DNA of 64,000 bases. It comes from Macrostomum hystrix (Eukaryota > Animalia > Platyhelminthes). Shown here piece by piece: positions 1 to 9,974 of the stretch (its first letter is position 1; every line of letters starts with the position of its first letter). A model generated the notes under the pieces. That model ran no database searches, was not told the origin of the DNA, and saw nothing but the letters and a program-made list of their open reading frames with translations. A program made the translations under genes and the position numbers. The stretch is taken from contig CATNEN010000007.1 of NCBI GenBank assembly GCA_950097015.1, forward strand, positions 6,758,001-6,822,000, in the 5' to 3' direction.

Positions 1-559
1 AAACTTGCTAGTCTTATATACTAAAAATGAAATGCTTGCTTGGTTGCTTGTAATTGATTTTCTTCCGAACGGCTCAACCGATTTTCACCATTTCTTCACC
101 AAAATATGCCAAATATGGGCAGAATTTTACACGTATTTTTAATAAGCTTAACTTCATTGTTAAGGGGATTAAATATTCGAAAAACTGTTTTAGATAGGAT
201 TTTTAATGCATTACATCAGAGCCAGTTTTGTCAATGTGCGTTCCGCTGCCAATTTTAATGATTGCATCAGGGCCAGTTTTGTTAATAGTGAGTACACTGA
301 TAAGAATTTCACTGTGTCAAATGTACATAGCTATGTCAACCCCACTGACGAGACAGTCAGTACGAATTTATAAATAGATTACATCACAGCTTTTCTCACC
401 CGTGTGTGTGTGTGTGTTTGATTTGAATAGGTAAAATGTGCATAGCAGACTTCAATTCAACGATATATTGAGACATCTACTCCTTTCTTACTACAACATA
501 TAAATCATCAAATCTTTAACAAAATTTCAATCGAGAAAAGTGTCCAACAGTTTTTTAAA

Positions 560-1090
560 TGTCCTACAGTTTTCTACATGTGTTTACCACTATTCTAAAT
601 GTGTTTACCAGTATTCTAAATGTGTTTACCAGTATTCTAAACGTGTTTACCAGTATTCTAAATGTTTTTACCAGTATTCTAAATGTTTTTAACCGTATTT
701 TAAATGTGTTTACCAGTATTCTAAATGTGTTTACCAGTATTCTAAATGTTTTTACCAGCATTCTAAATGTGTTTACCAGTATTCTAAATGTGTTTACCAG
801 TATTCTAAAAGTGTTTACCAGTATTCTAAATGTTTTTACCAGTATTCTAAATGTGTTTACCAGTATTCTAAATGTGTTTACCAGTATTCTAAATGTGTTT
901 ACCAGTATTTTAAATGTGTTTACCAGTATTCTAAATGTGTTTACCAGTATTCTAAATGTGTTTACCAGTATTCTAAATGTGTTTACCAGTATTCTAAATG
1001 TTTTTAACCGTATTTTAAATGTGTTTACCAGTATTCTAAATGTGTTTACCAGTATTCTAAACGTGTTTAACAGTTTTCTAAAACTGGGTC
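560..1090. repeat. 21-bp minisatellite (GTATTCTAAATGTGTTTACCA)n inside the Helitron
   Basis: Direct tandem periodicity of 21. A related array lies in reverse orientation at 13200-13800. Confidence 0.95.
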
Positions 1091-1184
1091 TCGGTATTCT
1101 AAATGTGTTTTATAGTTCTCTAAATGTGTCTAAAAGTTTTCTAAGTGTGGATTAACTGCTTTCTAAATGTGTTTACCAGTTTTC

Positions 1185-1715
1185 TTTGCTGCTGGTGGGA
1201 ATTACTGCTCTGCTGCTGGGGGGGAATTACTGCTCTGCTGCTGGGGGGATTACTGCTCTGCTGCTGGGGGGGAATTACTGCTCTGCTGCTGGGGGGGGGA
1301 ATTACTGCTCTGCTGCTGGGGAGGAATTACTGCTCTGCTGCTGGGGGGAATTACTGCTCTGCTGCTGGGGGGGAATTACTGCTTTGCTGCTGGGGGGGAA
1401 GACTGCTCTGCTGCTGGGGGAATTACTGCTCTGCTGCTGGGGGGGAATTACTGCTTTGCTGCTGGGGGGGATTACTGCTCTGCTGCTGGGGGAATTACTG
1501 CTTTGCTGCTGGGGGGGGGGGATTACTGCTCTGCTGCTGGGGGAATTACTGCTTTGCTGCTGGGGGGGATTACTGCTCTGCTGCTGGGGGAATTACTGCT
1601 CTAGCTGCTGCTGGGGGGGAATTACTGCTTTGCTGCTGGGGGGGGATTACTGCTCTGCTGCTGGGGGAATTACCGCTTTGCTGCTGGGGGGGAATTACTT
1701 CTCTGCAGCTGGGGA
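1185..1715. repeat. G-rich minisatellite (AATTACTGCTCTGCTGCTG(G)n), ~23-27 bp unit
   Basis: Tandem units with a G tract of variable length. Confidence 0.95.
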
Positions 1716-2053
1716 GACACTGGTTTTTTACTGCTGAGGGGATAGTTTTGACATGTACTTAAGTAGCATTAAGCTGAGTTGTATCAAACGTAAGTTACTT
1801 GTGTAATTTTGCCCCGATGGGGCTCTTGGTGTACAGACTGAATGTCTCAGACAGACTATTTTTGTATTTAGTGAGAATTCAAATTTTCGTTGAATCGCAA
1901 TCACATACGAGTGTATATTTGCAATCAGGGAAATTAATACTGACGACATGAGTTTTCATTTTTGTTTGCTTTCAGGTTTATTTTGTCCTTCTGCATTACA
2001 CAATATTTTTGTTTGAACAGTAGTGCCCCCCAAAGGGGGGCTTAGTGTGCTAG

Positions 2054-2230
2054 TCTTATATACTAAAAATGAAATGCTTGGTTACTTGCTTGTAATTGAT
2101 TTTCTCCCGAACGGCTCAACCGATTTTCACCATTTCTTCACCAAAAGATGCCAAATATGGGGACACATATACACGTATTTTTATTAAGCTTAACTTTATT
2201 GCTAAGGGGATTAAATATTCGAAAAACATG
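2054..2230 (+). mobile_element. 5' end of the next Helitron unit; downstream sequence diverges and no 3' end was identified
   Basis: TCTTATATACTAAAAATGAAATGC... nearly identical to 12-185 and fused directly to CTAG at 2050-2053. Confidence 0.8.
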
Positions 2231-2659
2231 ATTTTTGCACATTTTTTCAAAGGTCAAACCATCTTGGCCTATTGAGAATTTTACTCACTGCCACTGAATT
2301 AGAATTGCATCGTCAAATTGCGCAACAACCCCTAGCTGATTCAATTTGAAGCCTGCACTCTGGAGACAAATTGGAAATAAATGTACACAACCAACCGCGA
2401 GACTGAGTGTACTCTATTTTCTTACTTCATTGTACAAAGCCAGAACTTTGAGAATTCATTTTATAAAGAGATTTTTGCACTCATTAACCAACAGTCGAAA
2501 TAGCCGATGTGTAGGCACTAGGAATAGGTTAGGCTAGGATAGGGTTCGATTCTGCACTGCGTCAAAACATTTAGACTAATAGCCAGGCAGTAGTGATTAA
2601 AGATTATTTAAATTTATTTTCTTCATTTCGTAAATAAAATATCATAAATCATAGCAAAC

Positions 2660-3125
2660 CTGTGTCTGAATCATGGCTAAATCAGACTTTGAATCATGGC
2701 TAAACCAGAGTTTGAATCATGGCTAAATCAGAGCTGAGTCATAGCTAAACCAAAGTCTGAATCATGGCTAAACCAGAGTTTGAATCATGGCTAAACCAGA
2801 GCTGAGTCATAGCTAAACCAAAGTCTGAATCATGGCTAAACCAGAGTTTGAATCATGGCTAAACTAGAGTTTCAATCATGGCTAAACCAGAGTCTGAATC
2901 ATGGCTAAACCAGCGTCTCAATCATGGCTAAACCAGAGTCTGAATCATAGCTAAACCAGAGTTTGAATCATGGCTAAACTAGAGTCTGAATTCATGGCTA
3001 AACCAGAGTTTGAATCATGGCAAAAACAGCGTCTGAATCATGGCTAAACCAGAGTTGGAATCATGGCTAAACCAGATCTTGAATCATGGCTAAAACAGAG
3101 CTTGAATCATGGCTAAACCAGAGCA
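2660..3125. repeat. 23-bp minisatellite (GAATCATGGCTAAACCAGAGTTT)n
   Basis: About 20 tandem copies visible. Confidence 0.95.
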
Positions 3126-4279
3126 AGACCAGACCAGACCAGACCAAGCCACTTTCAAAAGTGGCTTGGACTTTTGAAAATGGATAGTTTCACCAAACGT
3201 AAGCCGACTGGAATACCCTAGGGATTACAGTCATTGCAAAATTGGTTTTGAATTGAATTGCAGTTCAGTAAACGTGATTCAGCATTCTGACCAAATTTTT
3301 CAACCAATCAGAATTAGAGGACACACAAACCGACCCTGTTAGTGCCAGTGAATATAATTTAAAACGCAGGCTTTCATACGGGGACTCTTACCTTCTCAGC
3401 TAGACTAAACGTAAATTAAAGTTACCTTATTTACATTTGTACTTTGCTATTGTCGTTTATTTTTCCTTCTCTCTCACTTACCATGGCTTCCTACAACGGC
3501 AACAACGAGCACAAGCGGCCGAAGCTGACGATCGAAGGTTTGCGCCTCGGCTGGATGTCAGCCGCGATTACTGGCGAAGTGTCTGGCCTAATTAGGGGTT
3601 AACAAGACTCTATAAAAGGAAGCGTTTTTGCAGTGACTTTTTATCGTTTTTCACAATTCGCCTCACACTGTGAGAAGCACGAGCAAGCTAGTCCACTTTG
3701 TTTCGTCTCGCCCCGCCCGACCACGCTCCGCTCGTTCAGTTAGGTAGCTTTCGGCGCTACGCGTCTTGAGAGTGCGCCGCTGACAAGGGTGGTCTAGATA
3801 GGCGCTTGTTGTCGCTCGCACCGGCGGGACACAATGCCTGTGTGGTATGAGTCAGACCAGGCCCACGGGCTAAGGTCTGCGATGCCTCACACCTGCAGTC
3901 GTTTTTTGAGCAGGCTTGGCAGGAAGGAGACCTGTGCCTTCGGGTGCAGGAATCCTCTCCACGTTGTCCCGTCAGCTGACCCATGGGTACACGTCCCGCG
4001 AGTGTTCAAGGCTGACCCTAGGGCAGCCGGACAGAATGGGCAACAGCGCTGGATGACCCATCCAAGGCCTCTGGCCAAACTGGGTACCTCTAGCCCTGGC
4101 TGGAGGGAAAGGTATCACCCTTCGACCTCAACAGGGTATGCGGCCAGTCCGCAGTTTTCCGTTAACCTGTGCGTGATCAGGTACCTCTACCTCTAGCCTT
4201 CGCTCAGCTTTGGGATCGCGGCTGAGTGGGTTATTCCTGCCTGTTTCTACAGGAAGCCCCTCTCCTCTTTGCAGCTAAA

Positions 4280-5741
4280 ATGGCTTCCAGCCTCAATTCT
4301 GCTCCGGCCGAGGACACCACGGTGCCCGAGGTCATACACGATGCGGCGCCCGGGCCTGGCCCTGCGACTGCCACCAAATGCCGCGCTGTCCATCTCGCGC
4401 GATGACCGGGGCGCTAAGCGCTCCACAACCTCTGTAGCGGCGAAGAGACGTAGGCGCCCGAAGGCCCACGGCAAGTCGGCTCCGTCGACCGAGAACCGGG
4501 CCCAGGCCAGGGGGGCTGAAGGGGCTCTGCCTAGGGCGGGGGCTAGGGCGGAGGGCCTTGCGCCTCCTGCCCAGGCTCCTGCACAGGGTGGGGCCCACGA
4601 CGCCCCGAGGCCAGGGTCGCGGGCCAAGTAGGTCCCGGCGCCCATCCGGCCGGCGGCTCGGCCCGAAGGAGAAGTGGAGGCGGAGGGCCCCGTGCCCACC
4701 GCCGACGCAGATCCTGAGGGTGGGGACGCTACCGGACAGGGCGGCGAACAGCTCAGCGACATCTGCCGCAACATAGACGCTATGCTGTGGCAACTCCAAT
4801 TGAAGGGCGAGCCCCTGGCGGTCGGCACAAGCGCTACCAGGGAATCGTGCTTCGTCGTCTGGCCCGGCGATGCGGAGTCAGGGCGGCGGCTCCTGGAGCT
4901 GCTGCCCACGCAGAGCTGGGCGGCTGGCCTCGATTTCCTTCGAGAGAACGAGCCACCGAAGACTAAACGACATCGTATTTTCGTCCCGGCGAAAAGTGTC
5001 GTCACCAGCGCTGAGGACCTCCGCATGGGCCTCATCGCGATGAACCGGGAGCTGCCGACAGCGGGCCTAATCGTGCACCGCACGATCCTGCGCCCCGACG
5101 GCACTGGTTTCACCGCCATTCTGGGCCTGTCCGAGCAGTGGACACGTCGTTACCCAGATGGCACTAACATCTGCATTGGTCTGTGGAAGACCAAAATCTT
5201 CGCCTTCGAGGCTGACAAAACTCGGGGTAAGACCGGGCCCACCACCGTACCTGCCACTGAAGGGTCCTAGGACCCCGAGGCTGGGACTGGGGGCAGGGCC
5301 CAGTCATCTCGCCAAAAGAGGCCAGAGCGCGCAATCGCTGGCAGCTCTGAGCGTCGCCCCGCGCGTGTCACCAAGCGCCGGGGCCTTCTCCAGCGGGCCT
5401 CCGAGGCGGTGCGAACTGCCAAGGTGACCCAGCTGCGCGCTGAGATGCGCGGTGGCCCACCGGAGCGGTCGCCGCCACCAAGGGCTACGGGGGAGGCCTC
5501 AGAGATGCCCAGCTCTATCGAGCGGGGCCCTTCGAGCGCCCCTCCCACGGCCCAGGGAGCGGTATCGGCACCGGCTGAGGGCGACTCTGGGCCTGGGCTC
5601 GGGGCCGGAGGTAGGGTTTGGGCGGCTGACCCCGTCCAGTTCGCGCCTCTGACTCGGGGCCCGGGCACGGAGGAACCCATGGCTACCGACTTCGACCCGG
5701 AGGAGGAGGATCGCCTTCTGGCTGAGTCCCCCTCCAATTAG
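4280..5741 (+). pseudogene. LINE ORF1 remnant (Loa-type)
   Basis: GC-rich fragments 4269-4631, 4674-5270 (RHRIFVPAK...EDLRMGLIAMNREL, resembling the Loa-type ORF1 domain) and 5409-5741, separated by stops and frameshifts. ATG at 4280. Confidence 0.6.
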
Positions 5742-5754
5742 ACCGCTGCCTGCA

Positions 5755-8484
5755 TGATGATCCCCGGGATATCATGTCTGCAAGTTACCCAGCACTGCGT
5801 GGCAGCATCAGTCAATCTGATGCGCACGACAGAGCGCATGATGCCGGGCCTTGTACTTGTGCAGGAGCCCTGATTATCGAAAAACAAGCCAAGTAACATT
5901 CCTGCTGGCTATGACTGTTTTTGCATGGCAGACTCTGTCCGCCCTAGATCACAGATCTATGCTGCAAAAGCCTTAATTGCGTGGATGAGACCCGACCTCT
6001 CTAACTGGGACATCTGCGTCATCCAATCTGCACACATTGTGCCCAACAAGCTGACCCTCGTGGCATCCGACTACCTGGCAGGTGACGCCCCCGTGGTCAG
6101 CGATACCCTCGTCGCCCTATGCTATTTCGCCAGGGCACGAAACTCCGAGCTGCTCCTCGCGGGAGATGCAAACTCACATCACACCCACTGGGGTAGCTCA
6201 AAAATCAATGACCGCGGCGAAGAGCTCCTGGCCTTCGTTAGCGGCACGCCTCTTAACTTCTACAATGTGGGAAACACGCCCACGTTCGACAATGGGCGGT
6301 GGGCTGAAGTGCTTGACGTCACCCTGGCCTCACCTGGCATCCTCCCACGGGTGCGGGGGTGGGAGGTGTGGGAGACCGAAAGCTCGCTTTCGGACCACCG
6401 TTTCATTCGCTTCAACATCGGTACTCCCGATAAGAAGCAAAAGCCTATCTAGAGACGTTATGTCAGAAACACCGACTGGCCCACGTTCAGCCAAAAACTG
6501 CATGAGGGCCTTCGGGATTCCGACCCCTCCATGGCCATAGCAACCACGCAGGACCTGAATGGAGTGGCTGCTCTGCTGGGCGGCGCCATCACAGAGGCCT
6601 ACGAAATGGCTTGCCGGCTCAAAGCCTACAAAGGCAAAAAATCGGCCCCCTGGTGGAACCCCGAGCTCGGAGTCCTTAGACGTCGAGCTAAGGCTCTCCA
6701 GAGGAAGCTGAAAATCTCGCACGACCCCGACGACAAAGAGGCCTATACTCGCGCTATCCACGAGTTTAAGGGCCGGGTCAGAAGGGCAAAAACGGACAAG
6801 TGGCGACAATACTGCGAAGGGCTTGAGGGCTCGCGGCCCACGGCCCGCGTGGTAAAGGCGCTCACAAACGACCGCTTCTCCAAGCTCTCGTCGATCAAAA
6901 AGCCTGACGGCTCGATCACGGAGGAAACGCTCGAGCTCATGCTAGGGCATTTCTTCCCGAGTGTACCGGCGCACTTTGGCCCAGACGACCACTCGCATCG
7001 CGGTCAGAGCCTGGCTCAGTCACTCGTCACAAATGACCGCATCGTTCGCGCGGCAGTCATTCAACCCTTATAAAGCACCTGGGCCAAATGGTATCTATCC
7101 GGCCTTTCTGCATGAAGCGGTCAAAAATGGCCGCTTCCTCCATCTCCTCTGCAGACTTCTACGGGCCTGCATCGTGCTGGGCTATGTGCCAGCGCTGTGG
7201 CACGAAGCCCGGGTCGTCTTCATCCCGAAGCCCGCCAAAGGCGACTATCGCTCGGTCAAGTCTTATCGCCCGATAAGCTTGACTTCCACCTGCCTCAAGC
7301 TCATGGAAAGACTGGTGCTCTGGCGCCTTCTTACTGTAGAGCTAGGGCGGGCTACGCTCTCCCCAAACCAACACGCCTTCCGGGCGGATCGGTCCACGGA
7401 GAGCGCCTTCCACTGCATTGTGGAGACTCTCGAGAAGGCAGTGCTGGGCAGTGGTTTCGCCCTGGCTGTCTTCCTAGACATCGAGGGGGCCTTCGATAAC
7501 GTTGTTTTCGAAGCCTTTGAGGAGGCACTGGTTTCCAGGGCCACTCATCCCCACCTCGTTCGCTGGGTCATGTACATGATCCGGCATCGCCACGTGGTGG
7601 CCCACCTCGAAGGCAGGTTGCTCTCGGCACCTGTCCTGAAAGGAGGGTCCCAGGGCGGCGTCCTCACTCCACTGCTGTGGAACCTCGTCATAGATTTTGT
7701 GCCAATGAGTTGCTGAAAAGCACTCGTCCTGACCCGGTCCTGAAGGTGGGATATGCCAACGATGTGACCGCCATCTGTGCGGGCCCCTCGGCGGAAACCA
7801 CCAGGGACCTCATTCAGGGCTCTATCAACAGGGCGGTGCGCTGGGCGGACCAATGCGGGCTCCGACTCTTTGAGTTCAAGACCGTTGCGGTTATGTTTAC
7901 CAGCAGACTGCTCTGGACCATTAAGCCCCTGACACTATATGTGGAGAATATTTCCATGGATAAGCAGGTCCGATGCCTTGGTCTCATGCTAGAACATAGG
8001 CTTAACTGGACCCCGCACATCACCACAAAGACCAAGAGGGCCCTGGCCATACTGGCGCAAGTCAGGCGTGCCGTGGGCACCACTTGGGGGCTAACCCCCC
8101 AAGAACCTTTGGTGGATTTACACGGCGATCATCAGACCGTCCATTACGTACGCTGGCCTCAACTGGGCCGGTACCATGGGCATCCAGAAAAACCTGGAGG
8201 CGCTCTATAGGGTGCAGGGCAGAGCCTGTCGTATGACACTGGGCGCCCCGGACTGTTTCTGCTGCTCCGGACGTGAAAACGCCGAGCATTTCATCTGCCA
8301 CTGCCCGGCCTTCACCCGGGCTAGGCTAAAACATCTCGGGCCGGCACCGACCCTTGTCGAAGCCGGCTCGCCCGATAACATTCCACAACTCTCCCACTTC
8401 CTCCGGGATACCGGTCGAGCTGAGTTCTTCCCAGCCTATGGCGAGGAAGATCGCGCGGCGGAATCGACCGACGGACGACCCTGA
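5755..8484 (+). pseudogene. LINE ORF2: APE endonuclease, reverse transcriptase and C-terminal CCHC finger, disrupted
   Basis: APE motifs LVQEP, GDANSHH..WGS...N.RG, DVTLAS and SDHRFI. RT motifs KAPGPNGI, FIPKP, YRPISL, FLDIEGAFD, QGGVLTPLLWNL and YAND (degenerate YADD). C-terminal CFCCSGRENAEHFICHCPA. No RNase H segment between RT and the finger. Confidence 0.9.
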
Positions 8485-9974
8485 GCGGCACCGCCTCGCT
8501 GGAGGCCGTCTGGCTGCCAGGGGTTAGCGATATGGGCGGCTTCGGCCGTCATGCGTCCGTCATGGAGGCTCCCTGCCGCTAAGTCAAGGCGCTTGTTGTC
8601 GAAGTCAGTACGTGCTCTCTCGGAGACTCCGCCGTCAGGCAGAAGGAGTGCCAACCGATAGCATCTGTCGGGGCAGTGCTGAAAGCAGAGACAACCGGAG
8701 CCTCTCGGGAAGAGTTAGGGCGCGGATTAGGCCAGTTAAGTAAAATTGTTATATCCAATTTCCACAAGCCAAATTTTGCTTTTCACCGTGAGCGCGCTAT
8801 AATTGCTTTCAGTGCGAATATCCTCATTCTGTCGGTGTAACTTTTGAATCAAGTTAAGCAATTAAACTAGAGTCAAATCAATTCCAATTCTTATCTGGAG
8901 TCGGCGAGCCACAAAAAACTGACTAAATCACTCCCAATCAAAATTATTCGAGTCTTCGTGTTCGTACCGTGTTATTATTTTTTTCATTGGGAGTTTCGCC
9001 GAGCCGGAGGACGACACGCGGGTCTCATCGCTTATCTATTCCGCTTCGCTCGCTACCCCAGTCTCTACCGCTATTTATTTTTAGATTTCCCCTGCTGCTA
9101 TTGAACCGATTGGTAGAACACCAACCCCGGCGAATAGTGAATAGTCGCTAGCTTTAAATTCCTCACGCTCCAGCTAGGACATTCATTTTATTACAATATC
9201 TACTACTCCTTTCTTACTACATAATCTGCTGTATTTATAACATCTTGAAACTTATTAATTTAAGTTTTAACCATCATATGATGACTGTGTAGCTAATGGA
9301 AAATGCTTTATTAAAGCTTCAATTTCAGATACTATTTTGAAAATCTTAATGACGCCTGAATATCAGAAACTGGTGTATTTTGTATGCTTATGTTTTAAAT
9401 TGTCGCGTCTTTGCCATGCCACACTAAATTAGAACCATTTTATTCCTCTTCCATATGCAAAATGCTTGACAATTGTTGGTGTCGATTGGCAAACAAAGTA
9501 GCCTTCAATCTGGCTTACAATGCAATGTATACCCGATGATATGTAATGCATTTTGCTGAAGCGTCTGCCCAACTGACAGTGATTAGTTTTACATACTCTG
9601 TTTGCTAGTCTAAGATTTTCTTTTCCTAATTATGAACATAGATTTAATTTATATAAAGGAGCATGCAATAAGTTTCACACTGCACCCGGAATTAATTTTA
9701 TACACTTTTATTTATTTCTATGCACCAAAAAGTTAGGAAATCAGGAATCTTTAAAATACATAAAATAATGCAACAATCTGCCCTTGCTGTAAAAGGGACT
9801 GTAAAATGTTAATATAGCTACCTTGCACTATAATCAGTTATATTTTTTATTTAAAAAAACATGTAATAATTGCACTAAAAAAGCAGTTATGGGGCAGTAG
9901 GAACTGTCGATTAAGCAGGTAAAACCATCAAGCAGTAGCCAGAGACTGGTGCAACAGAGGCACTGATAACTCAC

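Larger units (their letters stand above)
12..2053 (+). mobile_element. Non-autonomous Helitron, complete unit in a head-to-tail array
   Basis: 5' end TCTTATATACTAAAAATGAAATGC follows CTAG (8-11) directly. 3' hairpin GCCCCCC-AAA-GGGGGGC (2025-2041) is followed by 8 nt and CTAG (2050-2053). The first ~800 bp are homologous to the 5' region of the Rep-coding Helitron at 14337 (minus strand). Confidence 0.85.
3815..8586 (+). mobile_element. Non-LTR retrotransposon, Loa/R1-like clade, decayed and internally deleted
   Basis: Flanked by the 15-bp direct repeat AGGCGCTTGTTGTCG (3800-3814 and 8587-8601), a probable TSD. Contains ORF1 and an APE-RT ORF2 with stops and frameshifts. Confidence 0.8.

Noticed and set aside
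559-1762. Long repetitive ORFs (VFTSILN..., LLLCCWGG...), and likewise 13247-13765, 53029-53725, 54820-56034 and 58548-58863
   Set aside because: They are stop-free translations of minisatellites, often open in several frames, with no domain.
3823-3975. HDV-like ribozyme at the LINE 5' end (TCCACGT resembles L3, and a 7-bp G-U-closed P1 is possible)
   Set aside because: P3 cannot pair and the GG needed for P1.1 after P1 is missing. Kept only as an unclassified structure.
4247-5737. Antisense or alternative-frame ORFs over GC-rich TE and exon sequence (e.g. 4247-5119 minus, 27161-27700, 30392-31964 plus, 41191-41631 minus)
   Set aside because: These are shadow ORFs expected from high GC opposite real coding frames, with no motifs.
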